The notes: a model not told the origin generated them from the letters alone. 64,000 bases of DNA from Candidatus Nitrospinota bacterium M3_3B_026 (GCA_051418015.1 JBPRGF010000014.1:32001-96000), one strand, 5' to 3'; counted from the first letter of the stretch, positions 50,470 through 61,123 are shown. Made by a program: numbers and translations.

Positions 50470-52587
50470 ATGGCTTCGCCGGAAAAGGACCTGGCCCGGC
50501 CGGTCCAGTACCTGAAAGGGGTGGGCCCGAAACGGGCCGGGCTTTTCGAAAAGCTCGGCGTCCGGACGATAGAGGACCTGCTGTTCTACCTCCCCCAAAG
50601 GTACGAGGACCGCTCCCGTCTCAAGACCATCGCCGAGCTTGAGCCGGACACGGTGGAGACCGTCCGGGCCGCGGTGAAATCCGCCTCCGCCTCGGCGCGC
50701 AGGGGCAGACGGCGTGTCTTCGAGGCGGCCTTCGCGGACAAAACTGGGGTGTTGCGCGCCACGTGGTTTCATTACCACTCCGCGAAGGCTTTCCTGAGCA
50801 GGTTCAGGTTCGGGTCGGAATGGATAGTCTCCGGCAAGGTCACCATCAACAGGCTTCGCGGTTCGAAGGAGATGATCCACCCTGAGACGGAGGAGGCGGC
50901 CGCGGGACGCGAGGAGGATTTTTTGAACCTCGGTAGGATAGTCCCCGTGTACGGCCTCACCGCGGGCCTTTCGCAAAGGGCCGTGCGGGCCGCCACGGCG
51001 GCGGCCATGCCATACGCCGCGCTCCTGGAGGACTTCGTCCCCGAAGAGCTGAACAGGCGCTACAATCTCCCCGGCCTGGCGGAAAGCGTCGCTCGCGTCC
51101 ACTGGCCGGAGATGGGGACGGACGTGGCGAAACTCGAAAACTTCCAGACCCGCGAGAGGAAAAAACTTGTCTTCAACGAGTTCTTCCTGCTCCAGGCCGG
51201 GCTGGCCCTGAATAAAAAGAGGATAAGACAGGAGCGCGAGGGGGTGGCGCTCAAGACCACGGACGAGCTGATGTCGAAGATATACTCCGTCTTCCCCTTC
51301 ACCCTGACCCGCGCCCAGAGGAGATCCATAGCCGCGATAGCGTCCGACATGTCGTCGAAAAAGCCGATGAACAGGCTCCTGCAAGGCGACGTCGGCTCCG
51401 GCAAGACGGCGGTGGCCCTCGCCGCCGCGCTGATCGCCGTCCGCAACAGGCGGCAGGCCGCCATCATGGCCCCCACGGAGATACTAGCCGCGCAGCATTT
51501 CAGGAATTTCCAGAAGCTGCTTGAGAAGACGAAAGTCAGGATGGAGCTTCTCACGTCGGGAGCGCCGTCGAAGAAGACCGTTTACGAAAAGATCGCCTCG
51601 GGCGAAATACACATAGCCGTCGGCACGCACGCGCTCATACAGGAAAAGGTGAAATTCCACTCCCTGGGTCTCGCGATAATAGACGAGCAGCACAGGTTCG
51701 GCGTGCGCCAGCGGGCGGAGCTGATAGGCAAAGGCGAGCCCGCCCACACCCTCATCATGACCGCCACGCCCATCCCCCGCACCCTGGCCATGACCCTGTA
51801 CGGCGACCTGGACGTTTCGGTCATCGACGAACTCCCGCCAGGCAGGGCCGCAATATCCACCACCGTCTTCCCGCCGGGCGGAAGGGGGGAAGCGGTGGGG
51901 ATCGTCCGCCGCGAGGTGGAGAAGGGCAGGCAGGCGTACATCGTCTGCCCGCTGGTGGAGGAGAGCGAGAAGCTCCAGCTCAAGGCCGCCACCGCCGTGT
52001 TCGAGCGGCTGTCGGGCGGGGAGTTCGCGGGTTTTCGCCTGGGGCTGATCCATGGCAGGATGAAAAGCGCGGAGAAGGACGGCGTGATGGAGAGGTTCAC
52101 GAGCGGCGCGATCGACATCCTCGTGGCGACGTCGGTCGTGGAGGTGGGGGTGGACCAGCCCAACGCCACGGCCATGATGATCGAGAGCGCCGACAGGTTC
52201 GGCCTATCCCAGCTGCACCAGCTGCGCGGCAGGGTGGGGCGGGCCAGCCACCGGTCGTACTGCCTGCTGATGGCGGACGCGCGGCCGGGGACGCCGGCGT
52301 GGAGAAGGCTCAAGGTGATGGAGAAGACAACCGATGGGTTCAGGATTGCCGAGGAGGACCTTGCCTTGAGGGGCGCGGGCGACCTTTTCGGCGAGAGACA
52401 ATGGGGGCTGCCCGCCCTGCGGGTGGGGGACATCGTAAGAGATCACAAGATTCTCGCCGCGGCCAGGGAGGCGGCTTTCGACATCATAAAACGCGACTCC
52501 GGCCTGGCCGCCCCGGAGAGCAGAAAGCTCCGCGAGGCCGTGAAAAAGGCCTGGACGGGCCGTTTCAAGCTCGGCGAGGTAGGATAA
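50470..52587 (+). CDS. recG: ATP-dependent DNA helicase RecG
   Basis: LKGVGPK, QGDVGSGKT, DEQHRFG, MTATPIPR and QLRGRVGR motifs. Confidence 0.97.
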   Translation: MASPEKDLARPVQYLKGVGPKRAGLFEKLGVRTIEDLLFYLPQRYEDRSRLKTIAELEPDTVETVRAAVKSASASARRGRRRVFEAAFADKTGVLRATWFHYHSAKAFLSRFRFGSEWIVSGKVTINRLRGSKEMIHPETEEAAAGREEDFLNLGRIVPVYGLTAGLSQRAVRAATAAAMPYAALLEDFVPEELNRRYNLPGLAESVARVHWPEMGTDVAKLENFQTRERKKLVFNEFFLLQAGLALNKKRIRQEREGVALKTTDELMSKIYSVFPFTLTRAQRRSIAAIASDMSSKKPMNRLLQGDVGSGKTAVALAAALIAVRNRRQAAIMAPTEILAAQHFRNFQKLLEKTKVRMELLTSGAPSKKTVYEKIASGEIHIAVGTHALIQEKVKFHSLGLAIIDEQHRFGVRQRAELIGKGEPAHTLIMTATPIPRTLAMTLYGDLDVSVIDELPPGRAAISTTVFPPGGRGEAVGIVRREVEKGRQAYIVCPLVEESEKLQLKAATAVFERLSGGEFAGFRLGLIHGRMKSAEKDGVMERFTSGAIDILVATSVVEVGVDQPNATAMMIESADRFGLSQLHQLRGRVGRASHRSYCLLMADARPGTPAWRRLKVMEKTTDGFRIAEEDLALRGAGDLFGERQWGLPALRVGDIVRDHKILAAAREAAFDIIKRDSGLAAPESRKLREAVKKAWTGRFKLGEVG

Positions 52588-52680
52588 ACAGGGAGACGGC
52601 GGGCGATGTTTGGATATAATTGTCCCTTCGCGGCGTGAAGCCTCGCGGGATGATTTGAACAGCATGATGGAAAAGAGCGA

Positions 52681-53700
52681 ATGACAAAAGACAATAAAGA
52701 AGGCGCCCCGGCGAAGCGAAGCTGGCTCGTGACGGGCTGCGCCGGGTTCATCGGCTCCCACATAGTCGAAAGGCTCCTCTCGGACGGCCATGCGGTGCGG
52801 GGGATCGACGACCTTTCCACGGGGTCTAAGGAGAATGTCGAGGAAGCTTTGAGGAACGCGGGTGAAGACGCCGCGGGCCGCTTCACCTTCGTGGAGGGGG
52901 ACATCCTGGACGAGGCCAGGCTGGAGGAGGCGATGAGGGGGACGGAGGTCGTCCTCCACCAGGCGGCCCTGGGCTCCGTCCCGCGCTCCATCGAGGAGCC
53001 TTTGAAGACCACCAGGGCGAACGTGGACGGCTTCGTGGCCGTCGTGAAGGCGGCCGTGGACGGGGGAGTGAGACGGGTCGTTTATGCCTCCTCCTCGTCG
53101 GTCTATGGCGACCACCCGGACCTGCCCAAGGTGGAGGAGAGGATCGGCTCTCCCCTTTCCCCCTACGCCGCCAGCAAGCTCGCCGACGAGGTCTTCGCCG
53201 AGGCTCTCACGAGCTCCTATGGCGTGGAGCTTGTCGGCCTGCGCTACTTCAACGTCTTCGGCCCGCGCCAGAGCCCGGAAGGGCCCTACGCCGCCGTCAT
53301 ACCGCGATGGATAGACACCCTGCTCGAAGGCGGCCGGCCGATAATAAACGGCGACCCGGAGATATCCCGAGACTTCACCTACATAGACAACGCCGTGGAG
53401 GCCAACATCCTGGCCGCCGAAACGCGAAAAGGCGTCAACACCTCCTACAACATCGCCGCCGGGGAGCGGACGACGCTGGCCCAGCTCCTCGACGGTATAC
53501 TCGAGGCCATGATGGAGGCAGGCGCGCTGAAGGAGCGCCCGGAGCCGGTTCTGGGCTCTCCCCGTCCCGGCGACGTGAAACACTCCCTGGCGGATATATC
53601 GAAGGCCAGGGCTGGCCTTGGCTACGAGCCGCGCGTCGGCCTGAAGGAGGGGCTCCGCCGGACGGTTCGATGGAGCGTCTCCAGGGAGGCGGGTGGTTGA
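52681..53700 (+). CDS. UDP-GlcNAc(A) 4-epimerase (WbpP/TviC-like SDR)
   Basis: TGCAGFIGS, HQAALGSVPRS, YAASK and LRYFNVFG motifs. Confidence 0.88.
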   Translation: MTKDNKEGAPAKRSWLVTGCAGFIGSHIVERLLSDGHAVRGIDDLSTGSKENVEEALRNAGEDAAGRFTFVEGDILDEARLEEAMRGTEVVLHQAALGSVPRSIEEPLKTTRANVDGFVAVVKAAVDGGVRRVVYASSSSVYGDHPDLPKVEERIGSPLSPYAASKLADEVFAEALTSSYGVELVGLRYFNVFGPRQSPEGPYAAVIPRWIDTLLEGGRPIINGDPEISRDFTYIDNAVEANILAAETRKGVNTSYNIAAGERTTLAQLLDGILEAMMEAGALKERPEPVLGSPRPGDVKHSLADISKARAGLGYEPRVGLKEGLRRTVRWSVSREAGG

Positions 53701-54293
53701 GGCTCGTTTTGGCGTCGTCCTCGCCCAGGAGGGCGCGTCTGTTGAAAGAGGCGGGGTTTTCTTTCGACATAGCGCCGTCGTCCGCGCCGGAGGATATAAA
53801 CCCGTCCCTCGGGCCGGGGAAGAACGCGCGCCTCATCGCCATCCGCAAGGCCGGGGACGTGGCGGCCTCGCGCCCGGACGACGCCGTCCTGGCGGCGGAT
53901 ACGATGGTCGTCGTGGACGGGAGAATCCTGGGAAAACCGGTGGACGAAAATGACGCGAGGCGCATGTTGAAAAAACTTTCGGGAAGGGAGCACAAGGTCA
54001 TCACCGGCGTGGCCGTCATATGCCCCGCCCGGCGGGAAGAATGGAGCCACGTGGAGGTATCCCGCGTGCGGTTCCGGAAAGTACCGGAGAAGGCCGTTGA
54101 GGAATACGTCGAAAGCGGCGAGCCGATGGACAAGGCGGGAGGCTACGCCATCCAGGGCGGGGCGGGTGAGTGGATCGAAGGATACGAGGGAAGCCTGACG
54201 AACATTATCGGCCTGCCTATGGAGCCGTTGCTCGAGGAGCTTGAAAGGCTCGGGTTCGAAACAAGCCGCGGAGGGGGCGAATCATGCCGCTGA
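53697..54293 (+). CDS. maf: Maf-family nucleotide pyrophosphatase
   Basis: LASSSPRR, AADT, ILGKP, DKAGGYAIQ and IIGLP motifs; TTG start overlapping the upstream stop. Confidence 0.92.
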   Translation: MRLVLASSSPRRARLLKEAGFSFDIAPSSAPEDINPSLGPGKNARLIAIRKAGDVAASRPDDAVLAADTMVVVDGRILGKPVDENDARRMLKKLSGREHKVITGVAVICPARREEWSHVEVSRVRFRKVPEKAVEEYVESGEPMDKAGGYAIQGGAGEWIEGYEGSLTNIIGLPMEPLLEELERLGFETSRGGGESCR

Positions 54294-54880
54294 TAGGGCT
54301 CACCGGCGGATACGCGACGGGCAAAAGCTCCGTCTGCTCCATGCTCGTCAAGATGGGCGCGGAGCTGATCGACTGCGACCTGCTCGCCCGCGAGGTGGTG
54401 GCGCCGGGGACGGATGGCCTGAAAAAAGTGGCCGAACGGTTCGGCGAGGACGTCATGAACCCCGACGGGACGCTGAACCGCCGCGAGCTGGCCGACATCA
54501 TCTTCACCGACGCGGAAAGCCGCCGCGGCCTGGAGGCGATACTTCACCCTCTCATAAGAGAGCTGGTCTTCAAAAGGGCGAAAGAGCGGCTCTCCCGCGA
54601 CCCCGGCGCCGTCGTGGTGGTGGAGGCGGCGTTGTTGTTTGAGTCCGGCCTGTACGAGAAGATGGACAAGAACATCGTCGTCACCTGCCGCGAAGACCAG
54701 CAGATCGAACGGGGAATGGCCCGCGACGGCCTGCCGAAGGCGGAGGTGATAAAAAGAATGAACGCGCAGTGGCCCCTCTCCAGGAAAGCGGAGCTTGCCG
54801 ACTTCGTGATAGACAACTCCGGCGCCGTCGAAAAGACCAAAGAGCGCGTCCGCGAAATATGGGCCGGGATCGCGAAATAG
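54284..54880 (+). CDS. coaE: Dephospho-CoA kinase
   Basis: IGLTGGYATGKS, LHP, LLFE and ADFVIDN motifs. Confidence 0.95.
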   Translation: MPLIGLTGGYATGKSSVCSMLVKMGAELIDCDLLAREVVAPGTDGLKKVAERFGEDVMNPDGTLNRRELADIIFTDAESRRGLEAILHPLIRELVFKRAKERLSRDPGAVVVVEAALLFESGLYEKMDKNIVVTCREDQQIERGMARDGLPKAEVIKRMNAQWPLSRKAELADFVIDNSGAVEKTKERVREIWAGIAK

Positions 54881-55085
54881 CGTAGCGTCTTTTCCACATT
54901 CGTCATATAATCCGTGGAATGATGTCCACGTATTTCTCGTATGGCGGCCGCCGGGCGCTCATGGCCATGGCCGTTTACCCAGTCTATTCACGAGCTTGCC
55001 CTCCCGCCGCGGCGGCGGGCACGGGTTTTGTTTATAAAAGCATGTCAGCGATAGTTTTTCACCACCTGATGAGAGGGTCCGGCTG

Positions 55086-56369
55086 ATGAGAGAGGATCTT
55101 TCGAAGCTCACCAAGGCGCAGCTTCTGGAGCTTGCCGCCAGGAGGAAGGTAAAGGCGGTCTCCTCGATGAAAAAGGACGAGATCGTCAAAGCCATCGAGA
55201 AGGCGAAAGCCGCCGCTAAAAAGAAGGCGAAGACGGCCGCGGCGAAGAAAAAAGCGGCGGCGGGCAAACCGAAGGCGGCCCCGGAAAAAAAGAGCGCCGC
55301 CGGGAAAGCCGCCCGTCCCGCGGCGAAAAAGAAGGCGAGAGCGGCCGCGAGGCCCGCCGCGAGGGCGAAAACGGCCAGGCCCGCAAAACCCGCGCGGGAG
55401 AAGGCGCCGGAGACCGCTCCCTCTCCCGCGGCTGAGCCGAAGAGGAACAACTGGGACATCAACCTGGAGGGCAAGAAGTTTTTCGTCGCCGAGGAGGTGG
55501 AGGATTTCCCGCCGCCGGAGCCGGACGAGGCGCCGGAAAGCTACGCCGACAACAGGATCGTCGCCCTCGCCCGCGACCCGCGCCATCTTTACGTCTACTG
55601 GGAGACCAACCCCGGCCTTGCCGAAAAGGCCCGCCAGACCCTCGGCGGCAAGGGCTGGGACAAGCTGCGATGGACGTTGCGCGTTCACGACGTCACCGGC
55701 GCGGAGCTTGAGAATGCCTCGCGTGTCTTCGACGTCCCCGTCGAGCAGGGCGCCGGCAGCGCTTATGTCGATGTCGGCCGTCCTGACAGCGAGTATGTTG
55801 TCTCCGTGGGCCTGATGGACGACGAGGGCGGGTTCGAGGCGGTGGCCGTCTCCGGCAGGGCCATGACGCCCCGCGAGGCCGTCTCCTCCGAGACGGACGC
55901 GGAGTGGATGGTCCCGGCGGAGACGTTCGAGAAGCTTTACGGCATATCCGGCGGCGGAGTCCCTGGGGAGAGCTCTCTTGGCCTTGGCGGCTCGGAGCTT
56001 GGGATAGGCGCGTCGGAGCTTGGCGTTCCCATAGAGGAAATATCGTCCGGCGCCGTGTCGAGCCTTGGGGCGTCCGAGGAGTTTTTGGCGAAGGCCGCCC
56101 GCGAGCGGGGCTTTTTCTTCTGGCTGAACTGCGAGCTGGTCGTTTACGGCGGGACCATGCCGGACGCCACGGTCACCCTGAAGGGGGAGAGAATAAAACT
56201 CCGGCCGGACGGCACTTTTTCGGTCCGCTTCTCCCTGCCGGACGGCGCCCTCGACATCCCCGTGACGGCCGAGTCCGCCGATGGCGCCGACAGGAAGGAG
56301 ATATCCCCCACGGTGACCAGGGCCACGAAGGTGAGCGAGGCGCGCGGCGAGAGGGAAAAGGCGAGATAA
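55086..56369 (+). CDS. DUF4912-domain protein with a Rho-N-like N-terminus and a Lys/Ala-rich linker
   Basis: LSKLTKAQL..SSMKKDEI; PESY..RIVALARDP..YVYWE; LRVHDVTG; ELVVYGGT.PDA..LRPDGTF. Confidence 0.85.
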   Translation: MREDLSKLTKAQLLELAARRKVKAVSSMKKDEIVKAIEKAKAAAKKKAKTAAAKKKAAAGKPKAAPEKKSAAGKAARPAAKKKARAAARPAARAKTARPAKPAREKAPETAPSPAAEPKRNNWDINLEGKKFFVAEEVEDFPPPEPDEAPESYADNRIVALARDPRHLYVYWETNPGLAEKARQTLGGKGWDKLRWTLRVHDVTGAELENASRVFDVPVEQGAGSAYVDVGRPDSEYVVSVGLMDDEGGFEAVAVSGRAMTPREAVSSETDAEWMVPAETFEKLYGISGGGVPGESSLGLGGSELGIGASELGVPIEEISSGAVSSLGASEEFLAKAARERGFFFWLNCELVVYGGTMPDATVTLKGERIKLRPDGTFSVRFSLPDGALDIPVTAESADGADRKEISPTVTRATKVSEARGEREKAR

Positions 56370-56403
56370 GGGGCCGGGCGGCGGCTTCGAAGCGGCGAGA
56401 CCG

Positions 56404-58005
56404 ATGGACACGGGATACCTGGCGCTGGTCCTTCACGCGCATCTGCCCTACGTGCGCCACCCGGAGCACGAGGAGTTTCTGGAGGAGGACTGGCTTTACG
56501 AGGCCGTGACGGAAACCTACCTGCCACTGCTGACGGTTTTCGAGGGGCTTTTGAAGGACGGGATCGATTTCAAGGTCACGGTCTCGCTCTCCCCCACTCT
56601 GATCGCCATGCTTTCCGACCCTCTTCTCCGGGGCAGGCTCTCAAGAAGGCTTGAAAAGCTCATCGAGCTAAGCGCGGCGGAGATCCACAGGACGGCCGCC
56701 ACGCCCTCCGTCAACGCCCTCGCCAGGATGTACAACTGGCGTTTCACCCGCGCCCTTGAGCTTTACGAGAACACCTACCGGCGCGACCTCGTCTCCGCCT
56801 TCGCGAGGCTGGCCGACGAGGGCGCGGTGGAGATAATCACCTCCACCGCCACGCACGGGTATCTGCCCTTGCTGGCGGTGAACGAGGCGGCGGTCCGCGC
56901 CCAGGTCCGCGTCGCCTGCGACTTCTACCGGAGGACCTTCGGCAGGCCGCCGCGGGGGATGTGGCTGCCGGAGATGGGCTACTGCCCGGGAGTCGAGAAG
57001 ATCTTAAGGGACGAGGGGATACTCTACTTTTTCACCGACGCCCACGGCGTGCTCCATTCAAGGCCGCGCCCGCGCTACGGCGTCTTCGCCCCCATATACA
57101 CGGACGAGGGGGTGGCCGTCTTCGGGCGGGACATGGAGTCCGGCAGACAGGTCTGGAGCGCGAAGGTGGGGTATCCCGGCGACCCCTGCTACCGCGACTT
57201 TTACCGCGACATCGGCTTCGACCTGGAGTTCGACTACATAAAGCCCTACATCCAGCCCAACGGCCACAGGAAGATGACGGGGATAAAATACTACCGCATA
57301 ACCAGCGGCGCCGCCGACAAGGAGGTCTACGACCACGCCGAGGCCCTCCGCAAAGCCTCCGAGCACGCCGCCGATTTCCTGGAGCGCAGGGTCGAGCAGG
57401 CGCGAAAGCTCAAAGGGCTGATGGACAGGCCCCCGGTCATCGTTTCCCCCTACGACGCGGAGCTTTTCGGCCACTGGTGGAACGAGGGGCCGGAGTTTTT
57501 GAACTTTCTGTTCAGGAAGCTTCATCACGACGGCCGCGGGCTGAGGGCCGTCACGCCATACGAATACCTGAAAATCCATCCCGTCAACCAGAAGGCCGAG
57601 CCCGCCGCCTCGTCCTGGGGATACAAGGGCCACTCCGAGGTGTGGCTCGACGAGAGCAACGACTGGATATACCGCCACCTGCACAAGGCCGCGGACCGCA
57701 TGACCGAACTGGCCTCTTCGCGCCGGGAGGCAGACGGCGTGACGCGGCGCGCGCTCAACCAGGCCGCCCGCGAGCTTCTGCTGGCGCAAAGCAGCGACTG
57801 GGCTTTCATAATGAAGACGGGGACGATGGCCCCCTACGCCGAGAAGAGGACGAAGGAGGGCATCGCGCGGTTCACCCGCCTGTACGGGCAGATAATGAAC
57901 GGGGAGATAGACGAGGGGTTCCTGGAATACCTCGAGGGAGTGGACAACATCTTTTCAGACATAGACTACAGTGTCTACGCCGACAACGCTTCCGGCTCCC
58001 GCTAG
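56404..58005 (+). CDS. GH57 1,4-alpha-glucan branching enzyme (DUF1957)
   Basis: LHAHLPYV, ETYLP, THGYLP, WLPE, DAELFGHWW and QSSDWAF motifs. Confidence 0.93.
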   Translation: MDTGYLALVLHAHLPYVRHPEHEEFLEEDWLYEAVTETYLPLLTVFEGLLKDGIDFKVTVSLSPTLIAMLSDPLLRGRLSRRLEKLIELSAAEIHRTAATPSVNALARMYNWRFTRALELYENTYRRDLVSAFARLADEGAVEIITSTATHGYLPLLAVNEAAVRAQVRVACDFYRRTFGRPPRGMWLPEMGYCPGVEKILRDEGILYFFTDAHGVLHSRPRPRYGVFAPIYTDEGVAVFGRDMESGRQVWSAKVGYPGDPCYRDFYRDIGFDLEFDYIKPYIQPNGHRKMTGIKYYRITSGAADKEVYDHAEALRKASEHAADFLERRVEQARKLKGLMDRPPVIVSPYDAELFGHWWNEGPEFLNFLFRKLHHDGRGLRAVTPYEYLKIHPVNQKAEPAASSWGYKGHSEVWLDESNDWIYRHLHKAADRMTELASSRREADGVTRRALNQAARELLLAQSSDWAFIMKTGTMAPYAEKRTKEGIARFTRLYGQIMNGEIDEGFLEYLEGVDNIFSDIDYSVYADNASGSR

Positions 58006-58099
58006 ATTCGGACATTTGTCCGCGGCGTGTTATAATTCAACTTGGTAGAAATTCAGCGGACAGTCATTCGGAATCACGGCGCGATATAGAGGAGCGTTT

Positions 58100-58486
58100 A
58101 TGTCCGACTTCAACACCCTGCTCGCCGCCAGGGACCTGATGACCAGCGATATCGTCACATCGTCAAGAACCATCACGGTCAAGGAGGCCGCCGGGATAAT
58201 GGCGGACCGGGAAGTCTCCAGCATCGTCCTGACGGAGGAGAACGGCGCCATCGCCGGCATCGTCACCGAGACGGACATAGTGAGAAAAGCAGTGGCCGAG
58301 GGGGCCGACGCGGCCCGCGCAGGGGCCGCCTCCATCATGAGCGAAAACGTCCACAGCATCCCTGGCGACGCCTCCATATTCGACGCCAGGGCGAAGATGT
58401 CCGATCTCGGAGTCAAACACATGATAGTGGAGGACGGCGGAAAGCCTATCGGGATAATCTCCTCCACGGCCCTTCTCGGTTCTTAG
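58100..58486 (+). CDS. CBS-pair protein
   Basis: ARDLMT, GIVTETD and GIIS motifs; AGGAG RBS. Confidence 0.85.
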   Translation: MSDFNTLLAARDLMTSDIVTSSRTITVKEAAGIMADREVSSIVLTEENGAIAGIVTETDIVRKAVAEGADAARAGAASIMSENVHSIPGDASIFDARAKMSDLGVKHMIVEDGGKPIGIISSTALLGS

Positions 58487-58487
58487 G

Positions 58488-59288
58488 TCACACTTCCGAC
58501 AGAAGGCGCGTGAGCGCCGCGCCGGGGTCCTCCTCCCTCATGAGGGCCGAGCCGACCAGGAAACCTCCGACGCCCGCCCGGGCGAGACGCCTTATGTCCC
58601 CGGCGGACTCAATCCCGCTTTCGCTCACCACGATGACATCTTCCGGCAGGGCCGGGGTGAGCCTGGATGTCGTCTCGAGGTCCACCTTCAAGTCATCGGA
58701 GAGAAAATCCCGATTGTTTATCCCGACGATCCCTGGCTTTAGGGGCGCGGCCTTTTCCCAGTCCTCCTCCGAGTGTATCTCCACCAGCGCCTCCAGCCCG
58801 AGCCGGGCGGCGTAATCGTGGAAGGCGGCCAGCGTCTGGCCGTCCAGGACGACCGCCATCAGCAGCACAGCGTCTGCGCCGAGGGCGGCGCTCTCGGCGA
58901 TCTGCCATTCGTCGATTATAAAATCCTTGCGCAATACCGGGATGGAGGCCGCCTCCCGGACCATCGGGACATAAAGGGGCGAGCCGAGGAAGAACCTCGC
59001 GTCGGTGAGAACGGAGACCGCCACGGCGCCCGCCTTCTCGTAGGACCTTGCGATGGCGGCGGGGTCGAACTCCGACGGCTTGAGCATGACCGAAGGCGTG
59101 GCGCGCTTGACTTCCGCGATGATCCTCGCCGGCGCGTTCCCAGAGCTTAAAGCGGCCTTCAGCGATCTTTTTCGCCCCGCGGCCCCTGCGGCGTCGGTGA
59201 GGGCGTCTTTCGGCGCCATGCGTTTGGCGAGCCGTACCTCCTCGCGCTTGTGCTCCAGGATTTTCCGCAGAACCGGGCTGAGCCTCAC
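58488..59288 (-). CDS. trpC: Indole-3-glycerol phosphate synthase
   Basis: IIAEVKRATPS, SVLTD, LRKDF, GINNR, SESGI and LVGSALM motifs; GTG start overlapping the malic enzyme stop. Confidence 0.95.
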   Translation of the reverse strand: MRLSPVLRKILEHKREEVRLAKRMAPKDALTDAAGAAGRKRSLKAALSSGNAPARIIAEVKRATPSVMLKPSEFDPAAIARSYEKAGAVAVSVLTDARFFLGSPLYVPMVREAASIPVLRKDFIIDEWQIAESAALGADAVLLMAVVLDGQTLAAFHDYAARLGLEALVEIHSEEDWEKAAPLKPGIVGINNRDFLSDDLKVDLETTSRLTPALPEDVIVVSESGIESAGDIRRLARAGVGGFLVGSALMREEDPGAALTRLLSEV

Positions 59289-61024
59289 GCCGTCTCCACC
59301 TTCGGGACGGCGGCGTCTTTTTTCCTGTAGGGCAGGTACTCCGGGCGCCATATCCTCTCTCTTATCGCCTCCAGCGGCTCCACGCCCTCCGGCGGGTCCG
59401 CCACGCCCTGCCTTGCCGCTGTATTGAAGACAGCCAGGGCCACCTGCTCCGTCACCTTCGAAAGCCGCGTGACAGGAGGATAGACACACCGCGTCAGGGC
59501 CGCGTCGGCGGGGATCATCCCGGCCAGGCGCCTCGCGGCGGCGTTGAACATCTCGTCGGTTATCATCCTGGCGCGGGCGGCCAGCGTGCCAAGCCCCACG
59601 CCGGGGAATATGAAGACGTTGTTGCCCTGTCCCACCCTGTACCTCCCACCCTGCAGTTCGACGTCGGAGAAGGGGCTGCCGGTGGCCACTATGGCCCTGC
59701 CGTTCGTCCAGCTGTAAATATCGGCCGGCGCGGCCTCCGCACGGGATGTGGGGTTGCTCAGGGGGAAGATCACCGGCATGTGGGTGTTCGCCGCCATGGC
59801 CTCCACGACGGGCCTCGTGAACGCCCCTCCCTGGCCGGAAAGGCCGAGCAGGACGGTGACCCCGGCGTTCCTTATAACCTCCTCCAGAATGATCCTCTCG
59901 CGGTTCCGCGCGCTCCATCCCCCAACCCTTGACACGGGCTGCGCGAAGCCTTTCTTATAATACTCGACGTCTTTCCTGTCCGACGTCAACAGCCCATGGC
60001 TGTCCACCACGAATATCCTCTCCAGCGCCTCCCTTTCCGGCAGGCCGTCGTCCGCCAGGGCGCTTTTTATCCTTCGCGCAACGCCTATGCCGCCCGCCCC
60101 GGCGCCGTAAATGAGGAAACGCTGATCGGTGAGCCTCTCCTCCTTTATCCTCATGGCCCCCAGTATCCCCGCCAGCGCCACGGCGCCCGTCCCCTGGATG
60201 TCGTCGTTGAAGGAGAGTATCTTGCCGCGGTAGTTGTCCAGGTTCGAGAAAGCGTTCTGCTTCGAAAAGTCCTCCCACTGCAAGAGCGCCCCCGGGCAAT
60301 GCCTCTTTACCGCATCGACGAAGGCTTCTATGAGAGAGTCGTATTTTTCTCCGGTCAGGCGGTGATGCTTCTGCCCGAGGTAGAGCGGGTCGTCAAGGAG
60401 CGCCTCGTTGTCCGTCCCCACGTCCAGGCATATCGGCAGACAGGCGGCGGGGGGGACGCCCGCGGCGAGAGTGTAAAGCGACAGTTTCCCTATGGGGATG
60501 CCCATGCCGCCTATCCCCTGGTCGCCTATCCCCAGGATACCCTGGTTGTCCGTGACGACGATGACCTCTATGTCCTGCGACGGGAGGTTTTTTATCATCT
60601 GTCCCATCATGGCGACGTTGGCGGGGGATATGTAAAGACCGCGGGAGTATCTGTATATGTGGCTTCCCTTCCTCACCGCCTCGCCGACGGTCGGGGTGTA
60701 GATTATGGGGATCATCTCCGCGGCGTGCTCTCTGAGCAGGGCGTAGAAGAGCGTCTCGTTCCTGTCCTGCAGGGCGCGCAGGTAGACGTAGCGCTCCAGG
60801 TCGTTGGGCTTGGCCTGGTAGTTCTCGTACACCCGCCCCAGCTGCTCCGTCATGGTGGAGACGTGCGGGGGGAGAAGGCCGGCGAGACTCAGCTCGCGGC
60901 GCTCGCTCTCGGTGAAGGCGGTCCCCTTGTTCAAAAGCGGATTGTGCAGAAGGTCGGAGCCGGACTGGTCCACCTCGATGAAACGGCTTCCCGTCTCGTC
61001 CCGCCTTACAAGGTAATGAGACAT
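59285..61024 (-). CDS. maeA: NAD-dependent malic enzyme
   Basis: NKGTAF, IYTPTVG, ILGIGD, QWEDF, FNDDIQGT, GAGAGG and LSNPT motifs. Confidence 0.93.
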   Translation of the reverse strand: MSHYLVRRDETGSRFIEVDQSGSDLLHNPLLNKGTAFTESERRELSLAGLLPPHVSTMTEQLGRVYENYQAKPNDLERYVYLRALQDRNETLFYALLREHAAEMIPIIYTPTVGEAVRKGSHIYRYSRGLYISPANVAMMGQMIKNLPSQDIEVIVVTDNQGILGIGDQGIGGMGIPIGKLSLYTLAAGVPPAACLPICLDVGTDNEALLDDPLYLGQKHHRLTGEKYDSLIEAFVDAVKRHCPGALLQWEDFSKQNAFSNLDNYRGKILSFNDDIQGTGAVALAGILGAMRIKEERLTDQRFLIYGAGAGGIGVARRIKSALADDGLPEREALERIFVVDSHGLLTSDRKDVEYYKKGFAQPVSRVGGWSARNRERIILEEVIRNAGVTVLLGLSGQGGAFTRPVVEAMAANTHMPVIFPLSNPTSRAEAAPADIYSWTNGRAIVATGSPFSDVELQGGRYRVGQGNNVFIFPGVGLGTLAARARMITDEMFNAAARRLAGMIPADAALTRCVYPPVTRLSKVTEQVALAVFNTAARQGVADPPEGVEPLEAIRERIWRPEYLPYRKKDAAVPKVETA

Positions 61025-61123
61025 CAAAAATCCTTCCAAGAGTCATGAGCTCCACGCGGCGCCGAGAGAACAGTATAGCAAAGCCGGTCCGCCAGGCTCT
61101 CCCACCGCCGGGCAAAAACGGGC

